From positions 3,038,001 through 3,102,000 of the forward strand of contig NC_058368.1 in the NCBI RefSeq assembly GCF_018350175.1: a stretch of DNA of 64,000 bases, written 5' to 3'. The notes below the pieces were generated by a model. It made no database searches. It had not been told where the DNA came from and saw nothing but the letters and a program-made list of their open reading frames with translations. The position numbers and the translations under genes were made by a program. Below are positions 38,550 through 50,762 of the stretch, in pieces. Positions within the stretch are counted from its first letter, which is position 1. Each line of letters opens with the position of its first letter. The stretch comes from Felis catus. Lineage: Eukaryota.

Positions 38550-38645
38550 TATTTCGATTAATCTAATCATCACCATAACTCTGTCAGGTCAAGACCATCA
38601 GTCCCATTATATAGATGAGGAACATGACTTTCAGAGCTCCTCAGC
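38550..38645 (-). mobile_element. MIR relic
   Basis: aatcatcaccataactctgtcagg ... cccattatatagatgaggaacatga. Confidence 0.6.
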
Positions 38646-39207
38646 GTTAAAGCCAGGATGCCAGTATATTCTTGCCTGCCTCCCAGGCTGGTGTTCGTAC
38701 GTGCTATGTTGCCTGGCTGAGAATTAATGTCTAAAACGTGCAGAGATTGCAAATCTAAATGTTGACCACACTGAAGAAAAGCATTGACCTTTCTAGACAA
38801 TATATGTAAGAACATTCTTTTCACTCCCTTTTTCTCAATGTACAAACAGAGCTAAGATTAACGTTGAGCCATATGGAATTAAAGGAAAGTAAGAATCTCA
38901 TCTCTCCGGCTAATTTTTGCCTGGTTGCAGAAATGGTAATCTGCAATTCAGGAAGCTAAGCAGAATGTGCCTGGTGTCGCTTATTCCTCTCGGTTGCCAA
39001 CTAATCCTCCAGACCCCTGGCTCCCGTCGGGAGCAGTTGTGTGTATACCTACAGAGGTAGAAAAATCCCCAGGATATGCCTGCAAATGAGCCCAGTCTGG
39101 TCCCTGCCCTTACAGAATTTACATTCTAGGAGGAGGGACCAGGCACTGAACAAGTAACTAAAAAAACCCATGATAAGACACCTTGGTGCCCAGGAAAATG
39201 GACGCGT

Positions 39208-39210
<3 letters not shown>

Positions 39211-39258
<48 letters not shown>

Positions 39259-39266
39259 TGTGTGTG
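39211..39266. repeat. (TG)23 microsatellite plus interrupted extension
   Basis: Direct reading. Confidence 0.98.
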
Positions 39267-39319
39267 ACAGAGGGTCATTAGAGTGTCGCCATAGAGGATG
39301 CATTCTGAAGTGAGCGTAC

Positions 39320-39528
39320 CTGCTTGAATATCTGAGCTCTGCCAATTCCTTATTACGGGATCTTGGAAAAGTTCCTTAATGTCTTTGTGCCTCAGTTTCT
39401 TCTGCTATAAAATGGGGCTAAGGATACTCATGAATTCATAGAGTTGTTTCACGAATTAAATGAGTTAATATGTATAGTTCTTGTAGCGGTGCTTGGCACG
39501 CAGTGAAGGCTGCATGCATGTTAGCTAA
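39320..39528 (+). mobile_element. MIR
   Basis: gctctgcca ... tgtgcctcagtttcttctgctataaaatgggg ... attaaatgagttaatatgta ... gcttggcacgcagt ... tgttagcta. Confidence 0.85.
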
Positions 39529-39713
39529 GGGGGGTCTCAGGGTGAGAAGCAGATGGCCACGTGACAGGTGGAGGGAAGGGATATCGCAGGGAATCAGAAG
39601 AGTGTGCACAAAGTGTCCAGTGAAAAAGTGACCCACTTGAGAAGGCTTTTTCCACGTAAGAGGATTTTCCTTTACATTTATAGCAAGCTTACCCGTAATA
39701 TTAAAACAGAGCT

Positions 39714-39928
39714 GGGGCGCCTGGGTGGTGCAGTCGGTTGAGCGTTCGACTTCAGCCAGGTCACGATCTCGCGGTCCGGGAGTTCGAGCCCCGTGTCGGG
39801 CTCTGGGCTGATGGCTCGGAGCCTGGAGCCTGTTTCCGATTCTGTGTCTCCCTCTCTCTCTGCCCCTCCCCCGTTCATGCTCTGTCTCTCTCTGTCCCAA
39901 AAATAAATGAAAAAAAAAATAAAAAAAA
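39714..39928 (+). mobile_element. Can-SINE SINEC_Fc (young)
   Basis: Near-consensus body; TSD taaaacagagct (39702-39713 / 39929-39940). Confidence 0.98.
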
Positions 39929-40368
39929 TAAAACAGAGCTAAAAATTTTAAAAACGAGTTTTCATATCAAAATAAGTGTCATATGGGTCGTTTTCAGCCG
40001 TTAACGACGTCCTTAAAGTCGTCTGTTGCGCGATGATACCAGTCAGATTTGGAGAGCTTCTTGTTCCCCAAACTAAATGGCCCCAGGATTTCGGCTTTAT
40101 GAGCTAATTATCTTACGTTTGTCCTTTTCTCTCTCTGCTCACATGGTCACGCTCTAAGCTGTCTTTCTGTTTTGGGCATCCCTTGATATACCTGACTGTA
40201 GCAGCCTAGAGCCCTTCTAATATCCTGATTTTTAATCTGCCGAGAGGTGAGCAAACCTGTGACTGCATTCGGGAGGCAACGTCGGGAGGCTCTGAGGGCG
40301 GGGCTAACGGACTACGACACGCCTCCTTGGATCCTCTGCAGCTAAATCTCTAAGAAACACTGTTCGCT

Positions 40369-40586
40369 GGGGGCACCCGGTGGCTCAGTCGGCCAAGCCA
40401 ACGACTCTTGGTTCCGGCCCAGGTCATGACCTCACGGTTTCTGGGTTCAAGCCCCGCATCGGGCTCCCCACTAGCAGAGCAGAGCCTGCTTGGGATCCTC
40501 TCTCTCGCTCCCTCTTCTACCCCTCCACCACTCACGCTGTCTCCGTCTCTCTCAAAATAAACAAATAAACTTAAAAAAAAAAAAAA
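40369..40586 (+). mobile_element. Can-SINE (older)
   Basis: gggggcacccggtggctcagtcggccaagcc ... ctctctcaaaataaacaaataaactt plus A tail. Confidence 0.93.
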
Positions 40587-41499
40587 GGAATGCTCTTCAC
40601 ATACTTATGGCTCGTCTCTTGGGTTTTGATGTATCTGCAGTAATGACTGTCACATAATTAATTGGAACAGTATTGTTCCAGTGCTGTGTGGCACGTAAAG
40701 GGCTCCAGCGGGATTGGTTAATGCCTCTAACTAAATAAGGAGAGTCTTGATCTAGGAAAGTTTGCGTCTGCCTTTTGAGAATCCTAGAATCTGAGGGCCA
40801 AATGTAGCCGGGAGGAATCTGATTCCATGCCCTTCACCCACATACGACAGGCCCAAGGTTAAAAAAGGGGCAGGCGACATGTTTAAGGTCACACACAGCA
40901 TCCTCGTGCCAAGGTGACCATGACCTTCCTCTTCTGGGCTTTTCTGCCTCACCAGAACTGCTAACTCAGCAAGTTCCCATAAGCCTTGGATCCGAAAACC
41001 CTTTGCCTCCTCGTCCCGGGGAGAAGGAGTCTGGGCGCTCGTTAGCGGGGGCCTCCCGAGTGCCATGGCTGCCCCCGCGGCCTCTGGGCTGCCTCCTCCA
41101 TCCAAGCTTCCCAGTGTCTGAAGCAGGAGATAAAACAAAAGAAGGAAAAACAGTCTGTGGGTGTGGAATTTAAATAAACAGGGAGGTTAACCAACAGGCT
41201 GGTTTCAATAGATTGGAGGCAAAAGGGATTCCTACAGCTGGAGGCAATTAAATAAAACTAAAAAAGGATTCTCACACTCAAACTACCAGACAAGCTCCAG
41301 AGACCAAAGGAGGCTTTTGTTGACGTGAACAAACCCTCACTTTGGCCCGAGACTATCAGAAGCAGCCTTTGTGGGCATACCTTTTGGGGTGAGAGCTGGC
41401 CTCCATTTTCTTGGTTGCTTCTCTAGTTACTATAATGGTGAGAGTCCTCAGAGAAGATAACCCACTAAGTAGGATCAAATGATGTCACATGCCAGCAAT

Positions 41500-41720
41500 A
41501 CAGGGCTGGGACGTGCCTACAAGGTTAAGCAACTGGCTTGCCCCCTCAGATGCAAAGAAGTGAAAAGGCCCCGATGTGTAGTATTTACCCAGTTTCCATG
41601 GTGGAAATACTCCACCACGGCTGGTTTGAAGCTATGAACATGAAGTCACTAGTCTGCTAATTGTCCGGTCGGGAAGGAGAACTAATGACCAACTCTTGGG
41701 CCAGGTACTGGCTTCACCAT
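41500..41720. mobile_element. hAT-Blackjack MER63-like remnant
   Basis: aaaaggccccgatgtgtagtatttacccagtttccatggtggaaatactccaccacggctggtttgaagcta resembles the MER63 core. Confidence 0.65.
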
Positions 41721-41820
41721 GGACCATCGGAGAACGCCAGGAAAATTCTCACATGTCCTTGCAGAGAGGCCAGAATAGGTCATCGACCTGCACACATAGT
41801 GTAACTTGAACTCCATCTGT

Positions 41821-41848
41821 CTATCTATCTATCTATCTATCTATCTAT
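41821..41848. repeat. (CTAT)7 microsatellite
   Basis: Direct reading. Confidence 0.95.
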
Positions 41849-42069
41849 CATCTTCCTACTCACCTACCTACCTCATTGCGCCTGGTTGTAAAATTCAGTG
41901 TGGAACCAGAACTTTACGATTCTATTTTGTGGTGATTGTATTCACGATACGGTATTGTACGGGAACATTTCATTCCTGGCTCAACCCAGGGAGTTTGCTG
42001 TATTCTTAATGGTGTCTAGGCTCTCCTGTATTTGTCTTCGGAGCCTTCAACACCTCCTAACTCCTAAGT

Positions 42070-42195
42070 ATTGACTTGTTATTGTGTGTTTTCCTTAGAA
42101 GCCGAGCTCCTGAGGGCAGGATGTGTGTTTGGCTCACTGCTGCACCCCAGCATGTGCAAAAACGCCTGGCTCTCGGCAGGTGCGTGCTAAATGAC
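42070..42195 (+). mobile_element. L2 3' end relic
   Basis: gagctcctgagggcagg ... ctcactgctgcaccccagc ... cctggctctcggcaggtgc. Confidence 0.7.
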
Positions 42196-42619
42196 GTAAG
42201 CCAAACTCCTCCTTACGACGTCATCCAAACTCTTCCTTATACGTTGACAGAAGCTTTAAGGAATGATTTTCCTGAAGTCACACAGCGATCTGTGGCAGAG
42301 CTTCATGTAAAAGCTTGCAGTTCAGGTCCCTTCCCTAAATCATTCTTTGCCTCATCTTACAGAGTCTAAGGTCTAAAAAGGACACATGTATTTCCAGATT
42401 GCAAATTACAACCCGCAGGGATTAGTGGAATAAACAAAGCTGTGGTCTACTTGTTCTGCTCCGCCTATTCTCATACCTTCACATCACACTCTTCCCCCTT
42501 TGAATCCTATCCTCTTCAGGAAAGGTGGGTGACGTTAGCTTGCTTTACGGGATCACATTAACTTATGGTCTGTATCTATCTCCATGGAAGTGGAACCCTG
42601 GGGGCATTTATATCATTTT

Positions 42620-42831
42620 ATTTTATTAAAAATTTTTTTAAGTTTATTTATTTATTTTGAGAGGCCCAGAGAGTGAGCGGGGGAGGGGCAGAGAAAGAGG
42701 GAGGGAGGGGGAATCCCCGCACTGTCACTGCAGAGCCCAGTGCGAGGCTCCAACTCATGAACCGTGAGATCGTGACCGGAGCCAAAATCAAGAGTCGGAT
42801 GCTCAACTGACTGAGCCCCCCCAGGCGCCCC
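42620..42831 (-). mobile_element. Can-SINE (older)
   Basis: Reverse SINE ending ccaggcgccccc; degenerate TSD catttatatcattt / catttgtattattt. Confidence 0.93.
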
Positions 42832-45509
42832 CATTTGTATTATTTCTTTCCAAGGACCATTGTCTGTAGGTCTCATCATTATCAGAAGACCTGCTTTTTG
42901 TTCTGGCCCCATGTTGATATCAGCAGATATTGGTATCAGGTACTTTTTTAAGTGCTGGAGCTATCGAGATGAGTAACACAAGGCCCCTGATCTTTAGGAG
43001 CGCACGTTCTTCTGGGGGGACTGATCAAGGGTTCATAACGACATGCTGTGGGCAAGTGTAATGACAGAGGAAAGTTCCAAGACATGGGAACCCACAGGCG
43101 GGCGACTCCACACAGAGAGTGACCGGAGGCCCTTTAAAAAGACTAATGTGGGTCATCATGAACCAACTGCTTAGGAGTTTTCTCGTCTCCAGAATGAGTC
43201 ACGTTCCCGAAAATGAAGGTCTCTACCCATCTACAGGAGGTTCTACAAAAGCAAAAGCGCGAGGCTCTGTAGGGATGCTTTGTCATCATATCCCTCTTCC
43301 GGATAGCGTAGTCAGACTGTGGACCATATCCCCCTGAACATCGGGTCCACTCGGTGATTTGTAGGCACGTCCTAGGACTGCTTCAAGAGACCGCGGCTCT
43401 GATTTAACTCCCGCGATGACTCCTTGGTTGTGTCCTGAATGGAAAATGGCAATGACTCATTAAAGCACCTTAGCTTAATTAAAAAATAAAATACTGGATG
43501 GAGATTCCACTGACTGAATCAGCAAAACCCTTCGGTCGCAAAGAAATTACTTTATGTGTGGAGTCATTGTAAAGTTACTGGTTTTACAAATTATTGAGGG
43601 TCTGCAGGCCCTGGGCTTTAAAGGAGTGAGGGTTGGCAACCTGGCTGGGGGTCAAGTGTGGGTTTTAATCAGATGGCAGAGTCGAGCATTAAACGTCTCG
43701 AGAAATTGTCACTGAATAGCTTACTTCCCAGATTACTTTAAGCTCTCTGAACTACGACCCGAATCCACACACGCAAACACAGAGTCAGCGAAACTCAAAG
43801 CGTGTTTGTGCCTCGGGCGTCATAGGTCATCTCAGGTAATGGTGTGGTAGGAGAATGGTTTTTGTCTCAGCCCATTGGTAATGGGGGGAAGTTACACCGG
43901 GTATGATTGGATGCCCTGTGGTTTACCTGTTGCGGACTGAAAGAGAACGGACACATCAACATTCGCTTACCTGACTTGATGAATGTTATCATGTGGAAAA
44001 GGTAAATCAAGAATGGCTGACATCAAACATACCAATCTCCTTTTGAACACACAATGCCCTCATTTATATAAATCTTGGGCGCTGGACGGTGGCCCCCCGT
44101 TGGAACCCTCGGGCGGCTGGCCGGGCTGAGAGGCCTTCCGTGTTAGGGTGCCGAACTGGAGAGACGTTTAAGTACGAGGAGACCGTGGAGCCTACAGTTC
44201 CAGTAGTTTCCTAATTAATGTGTTAATTGAGAAGTAGAGTGGACATGGGGTATTTAAAGTTTTGAGTTCCTGCCTTCCCTCCCCCTCCACAGCTCCCGGG
44301 CCTCCTTTCAAAGGAAGGTCTTAAGTGGCCTACTGGTGACCCCAGGCGAGGGAGGCTGGGCAGAAAGGATAGATTGTGATCTGCTTAATTAGGCAGCCCT
44401 GTCTTATTCTTACACCTTCAGCTCGAACATTGTTTTCCCCTGAGGCTATGTTTCTGTGTGAAGTTGTTCAACAGTTTTTAAAGAGAGGATTTGAAAGCTG
44501 CTGCAGGAATTTCTAACTTTCCGAAGGCTGGTCCCCCCCCCCACCACCCCATGCCTCCCAACACCCCTTCATTTACACCTTCCATTTCCTTCCTTGCCCA
44601 CATTGTCTCCCAGGTGGGCCCTCTGTCGTGTCCAGGTGAGTGCCCTCAGCGGGGACAAAGGGGCCCAGAGAGGCCTAGCTGAGAGAAGCAACCAGGTGAG
44701 GCCGGCTAGGGCCTGCCTGACCTCCCAACGGACACCATGCCCCCAGCCCGGGCTCCTCGGGGCAGCCCCTGTTCCTGGTCAGAAGGCCTTGAGCAGTAGG
44801 TTGCTCTGTTTTTCATTTGCTGTCGTTCCTCATTCTGCGGCTCTTAACACAGTCTGGACACCTTTCTCTGCTTTTTTCTAGAAGGCACATTCTCTGCACC
44901 AGGAGTCGGCTTCATTGCAAGATCTCCAATTTAGGCATTTGAATGTGTATAAAAAAAAAATTGGGTTGGCAAATGATTCAGCCTTAATCTACTAGAGTTT
45001 TAATGAGCACTGATCTCGGATCGTGATAGCTGAGGTAGGCCGGGTTGCTTTTATCTTTGAATATGAGAAACTTGATACGTTTCAGAAAGCAAAATGGTGA
45101 TTTTAGGGTTTTCTCTGTTTCTGAGACAACAGCTCAAGAAAAAATGAGGGGGGGGGCGCGAGTACAGGCTCTTCTAGTTTGATACATTTGTGATTTCAAT
45201 TTCCTTATACTTCCGTGGCCCTCCGCTCTCTGCCCCTGCCTGGGGGCCAAAGCTTTGAAATATTTTCAAACAATCAAAGAAAGACTTAATGCCTTCAGGT
45301 TAGAGGAAATCTGGAAGGCTACCTTGTGGGCCTTCCTGCCAGCTCAGAGCCCAAGCCACCCCCCCCCCCCATCTGTAGTTCATTCTATTCCCAGGGGAAG
45401 TAGGAGCCCCCAGCGAGGGAGCGAGTGGATGCGGCCAGCACAACAGGTGCTGTGCCTTATTGAGGACGCTCAGGGTGGCTCACCCTCTCCGTGACTTCTC
45501 AAAGGATTT

Positions 45510-45650
45510 CAAGGCTTCGCAACAGATTCTCTAAAATGCAAGGCTGGGGACCATGTTCCAGAGATTCCCATCAATAGGTGTGTATGGTGAGGAGCTAGGA
45601 TCTCTTCTTATAGAGCAATTCTAAGTTCAGAGGTCACACTGTGAAACTGA
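45510..45650. mobile_element. MER5-like remnant
   Basis: taaaatgcaaggctggggaccatgttccagagattccc ... ggtcacactgtgaaac. Confidence 0.45.
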
Positions 45651-46469
45651 AAAAAGATGGTTTCCTCATAAACGTTTGAACACTTAAAATGAGAATTCAT
45701 TTATAATTTTATTATGCTGTATTTAGAGTCCTGCCATTTGAAAAATAAACACAGGGGTTAGTGAATATATATCTGCAAGCATCTATCTATATGTCTACCT
45801 ATCACCTTCCTACCTACCTACCTACCTAGATAATACACCATCCTCTTTTGTAAATAGCTGTTGAGTCAAATAATGGTGATGTTGTTAAAAAGTCAGCCTC
45901 AGATCCTCAAAATTCTCTCTCTTGGTACCAACAAATGCGTGGGGCAGGTCTTTTAAGTTCAGACACTGCTACGACTTTTCTGGATTTCACTGTCAGGTAG
46001 TAACATTTTGTTAAGACCTATCTGAGGAGGAAGGCCAATGACCCGTATGGGGATGACACATGGGGACAATATATATGGGGGACAATTCCCCGCCTCAGTG
46101 GCTGTTTTTGGTACTCTGTCCATTGTAGGACACACACAATGCCTGCCTGCCTTACCTTCATCCTCTTGGCCCCCCTCTGCCATGCTCTCAAAGACTTTCT
46201 TGTCTTTACATGTGGAGGACCCTTTATCTTTCGGGTACCTAGGCTCTCCTTCTTCCATCCGACAGTTCTTATCCATCCCATAAACTCCAGTCCCCTCTGC
46301 TTCCCCTTCTCCTGTGGGGCAGTCCTCTTCCCAGAGCTGCTGTCTTATGACATTCCAGACCTCACAGACCTAGGTGACAGTGCTTCGCACCGTCACTGTC
46401 CCTGGGTCCTGCACAATATATCATGCCTCTTGGCCCCTTAATACGTCCGTGTTCCTTTTCTTTCTAAGA

Positions 46470-46650
46470 ACGAGAGCAAGGATATTACCAAATTTAGGAC
46501 ATTTAAGATTGATATAATATTTTTAACCTAATCTGCGGCTCATATTGTAATGTCATCAGTTGTCCTGATAGTGTCTTTTAATAATATTTTTTCCCCAATA
46601 TACCACCTAGCTCAAAGTCATGCACTAAATTTAGTTTTTTGGTACATAAC
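46470..46650 (-). mobile_element. Old L1 (L1MC4/5-like) 3' UTR fragment
   Basis: cagttgtcctgatagtgtctttt ... agtcatgcactaaatttagtt. Confidence 0.4.
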
Positions 46651-47190
46651 ATGTAACTGTTAAGAATGGCTCTTCTTGGTGATATTTGCCAACAAATAAT
46701 AGTGGACATTTTTGCTAATGTAAAAAATTGGGTTAATCTATAAAATGTAGTTGGTTTTATATTTTCCTCCCACCAACCTCTGTGGACTCTTTGACACTGG
46801 ATACAACATATCTGGGCTCCATACTGTGGAGCTACCTGTTTGAGTTGCACTGTTACCAGCCAGATTTTATACTGAACTGGGCCAACTATTGGCAAGCCTT
46901 TGTGTTTAAAGTCTTTCTTCCAGAATACTGGGGCATGCTCTGGAATGTTGCCTCTGTGTTTTCTAGCTTAATGCTCTTTGGGTTTAATCATTGTTCCTTC
47001 AAGAAGGATGAAGAAATCGCCTGCTATGGAGGGAGCTCTCACCTTGCCCGAGAGCATTATTTAAGAAATGGGGCTTGGCTCTCCTTCACAAAACACCTGA
47101 CTCAGGCAACGGTATCAGTGTCTCACCCGAGCAGTACATCTGAACAATTCTTTGCCGAAGGTAAATGGTTGCTTAAAATATGCAAAATCA

Positions 47191-47400
47191 GGAGTGCCTG
47201 GGCGGCTCAGTCGGTTAAGCATCTGACTTCAGCTCAGGTCATGATCTCACAGTTCATGGGTTCAAGCCCCGTGTTGGATTCTGTGCTGACAGCTCAGAGC
47301 CCCGAGCCTGCTGCCGATTCTGTGTCTCCTTTTCTCTCTGCCCCTCCCCCACTGATGCTCTGTCTGTCTCTCTCAAAATAAATAAACATTAACATTTATT
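47191..47400 (+). mobile_element. Can-SINE
   Basis: ggagtgcctgggcggctcagtcggttaagcatctgacttcagctcaggtcatgatctc ... caaaataaataaacatt. Confidence 0.95.
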
Positions 47401-48237
47401 TTTTTAAAAACAGAGGAAATTTCTAAGTCAGTCCCTCCAGTTTTGCTTGACTTAAGGCTATTTTATCCTTGGTTTTGGTGTTTATTTCAAGAAATTCAGA
47501 GTAGACAAAATGGATGTTAATAACCAGCCATTCAGTAAATACATTGCGGGGCTGTTTGTAAAATCTGTACCACTTCTCACTTACCTTGTACTCTCGTGGC
47601 TCTCTCCGTAATGGAGGGGTTTTGTTGGCCACGTTCTTCCATCTTTTATTCCCCTTCCCCTCCTACATGTTACGCTCTTGGTCTCCAGGGATCCGTTTAG
47701 AGACGCGTCACCCCGTGGGTCAGTAGATTGCCTTTGAGGGGAGAAGAGGGCAGAGCTGAGGAAGGGAAGGGCTGAGTCTATTCTGAGTCCTACCAATAGC
47801 GCCAGATCAAGCCATTTACTCTCCTTGCACCTCCATGTTCTTTTTTTCATTAAAACAAAAATGAAGAATAATTGCCGTTAACGCTTCAGTGGATATTGGA
47901 GGAGGGGGAGGCGTCAAATGAGACAGTCCCGAAGAAAGCAACTTGAAAACCATTCAGTGCTGTGGAAATACAAGGTCCTACTGTCATGAACACTCACTCC
48001 CCAAACAACCAGGGGTATAGGGAAGGTGAGGGGGGTTACCATGGAGCAAACTGAATAAGAGAAATGGAGAAACTGTGTTGTTCAGGCCGTCAGTCACTGG
48101 GAGATCTTTGAGCTTTATGTCGGTTTGCTTGTAAAGATATTTGTCCATCACAAAGTCTTTTCATTTTGGTTTTATTAGCTATGTGGTAATTGATTTGAAT
48201 AAAAGGTTGTTTTTTATTAAAATAAAAGGTTGTTTTT

Positions 48238-48440
48238 AACGTTTATTTATTTTTGAGAGAGAGAGAGATAGAGCATGAACGGGGGAAGGGCAGAGAGAGA
48301 GGGAGACATGGAATCCGAAGCAGGCTCCAGGCTCCGAGCTGTCGGCACAGAGCCCGACGTGGGTCCCGAACAAACAAACCGCCAGATCATGACCCAAGCC
48401 GAAGTCGGATGCTCAACCGACTGAGCCACCCAGGCACCCC
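48238..48440 (-). mobile_element. Can-SINE (inner copy of nested pair)
   Basis: TSD ggttgttttt at 48228-48237 and 48441-48450. Confidence 0.95.
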
Positions 48441-48450
48441 GGTTGTTTTT

Positions 48451-48477
48451 TTTTTTTTTTTTTAATGTTTATTTATT

Positions 48478-48523
<46 letters not shown>

Positions 48524-48688
48524 CCAGCAGGGGAGGGGCAGAGTGAGAGGGAGACTCAGAATCTGAAGCAGACTCCAGGCTCTGAGCCGTCAGCACAGAG
48601 CCTGACTCAGGACTCAAACTCACCAACCGTGAGATCATGACCTGAGCTGAAGTTGGATGCTTAACTGACTGAGCCACCCAGACACTCC
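48451..48688 (-). mobile_element. Can-SINE (outer copy, long (GA)n)
   Basis: Reverse SINE followed by tgaataaaatgtttttt, which echoes tgaataaaaggttgttttt at 48196. Confidence 0.95.
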
Positions 48689-48959
48689 TGAATAAAATGT
48701 TTTTTAAGAAATATTTGTTTAACTGTGGAGTATTTCATCTAGGTATAAACTGTATATTATCTAGGAGATAAACCCAAGTGTTTGAACTATGGCCATGTTG
48801 CCACTATTTACTTTCAGTGTATCTGCAATTTGTATATAATTTGAGGTTGTTTTTCTTCTTTGAAAGAGTTTTTTTTTTTTTTTTTTCATTTCTGTCACAA
48901 TTTTTTTTTCTGGTGATGCTCAGTAGTGCACAGTATTTGCTTATTTATTCATTATTTTT

Positions 48960-49970
48960 ATCTTCTGGCTTCCTTTACCCATTTCTCCAACCTCCCCCCA
49001 CCCCCTCCTCTGCCTGTGGCAACCACCAATCTGTTCTCTGTATCAATGAGTTTGTTGTTCGTTTTGGTTCTGTGTTGTTTTGTTTTTAAGATGGAACATG
49101 TAAGAGAGATCACACAGTATTTGTTTCCTCTGTCTGACTTATTACACTCAGCATAATGCTCTCAAGGTCCATTCACGTTGTCACAAATGGTAGATTTCAT
49201 TCGTTTATATGGATGACTAATATTCCATTGTGTGTATATACCATTTCCTCTTTATCCAATGACTCATCGATGGACCTTTATGTTGTTTTCACGTCTGGCT
49301 ATTGTAAATCATGCTCTAATGAACATGAGGTGCATATATCTTTTCAATTGTTGTCATTTCCTTTATGATAAATACTCAGAAGTGGAGCTGCTAGACAATA
49401 TGGTAATTTTTTTTTTAAATTTTTTGAGGAATCTCCATTATGTTTTCCACAGTGGCTGCACTGGTTTCCATCCCCACCAACAGTGCACAAGGGTTCCCTT
49501 TTCTCTGCCTCCACACCTACAGTTATTCCTATCTTTTTGGTGATTGCCATTCTGATAAGTGTAGGGGGCGCCTCGATGTGGTTTTGATTTACATTTTCCT
49601 AATGATTAATGACGTCAAACATCTTCTCATGTACCTATGGGCCATCTGCATGTCTTCTTTGGAAAATTATCTTTTCAGATCTTCTGCCAATGTTGGAATC
49701 AAATTATTTGCCCCCCCCCTTTTTTTTTGTTATTGAGTTGCGAGTTTTTTATGTATTTTGGATATTAGTGCCTTGTTGGATACACAATTTGCAAATATTT
49801 TCTCCCATTCAGTATGTTGCCTTTTCATTTTGTTGAGGGTTTCCTTTGCTGTGCAGAGGCTTTTTTAGTATGGTGTAATTCCATTTATTTATTTTTGCTT
49901 TTGTTGCTCTTGCTTTTGAAGTCAGATTAAGAAAAATAATTCCATGACCTATGTCAAAGAGCTTACTGCC

Positions 49971-50001
<31 letters not shown>

Positions 50002-50380
50002 GTCTTGTTTTGTTTTGTTTTAGGAGTTCTATGGTTCCAGGTCTTATGTTCAAGTCTTTAGTCCATTCTGAGTTAATTTTTGTGTACGGTGTAAAATAAT
50101 GGTCAAGTTTTATTTTTTTGCATGTGGTTGTCCAGTTTTCCTAACACCACTTATTGAAAAGACTATCCTTATCTCACTGCATACCCTTGGCTCCTTTATG
50201 ATAAATTAGTTGACCGTAGATATGTGGTTTTATTTCTGGACTCTATTCTGTTCCATTGATCTATGTAACTGTTTTTTATGCAATACTCAATCACTGTAGC
50301 TCTGTAATATAGTTTGAAATCAGAGAGCATGATGCTTCTGGATGTTTCTTTCCCAAGATAGCTTTGGCTACTCCATTGTT

Positions 50381-50423
<43 letters not shown>

Positions 50424-50762
50424 TTCCATACTAATGTTAGGATTATTTGTTGTATTTCTTTGAAAAATGCCTTTGAAATATTTATAGGTATTACATTGAA
50501 TCTGTAGATTGCTTTGGGTATTGATTTTAATGATATTGATTCACCCAATCGTAAGTACAGAATATTTTTCCATTTATTTATGTTTTCTTCAATTTCTTTC
50601 ATTAATGTCTTATAGTTTTCACCTCCTTGGTTAAATCTGTTCATATGTATTTTATTTTTGTGACGCAATTATAAATGAGATTCAAACATTTTTTTTCTTT
50701 TAGTTTGATGTTGGTGTATAGAAACCACAGATTTTTGTGTACTGATTTTGTAGTTTGCAACT
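48960..50762 (-). mobile_element. L1 3' fragment (3' UTR plus ORF2 C-terminal half), decayed
   Basis: ORF2 peptides ENYKTLMKEIEENINKWKNI, PKAIYRFNVIPI, DFKLYYRATVI and IDQWNRIES in ORFs 50291..50668 and 50196..50429; frameshifted. Confidence 0.92.
50383..50422. repeat. (TG)20 microsatellite inside L1 ORF2
   Basis: Direct reading. Confidence 0.98.

Noticed and set aside
46782..47381. 199-aa ORF with hydrophobic stretch
   Set aside because: The last third is SINE translation (WAAQSVKHLTSAQVMIS); the rest has no recognisable homology
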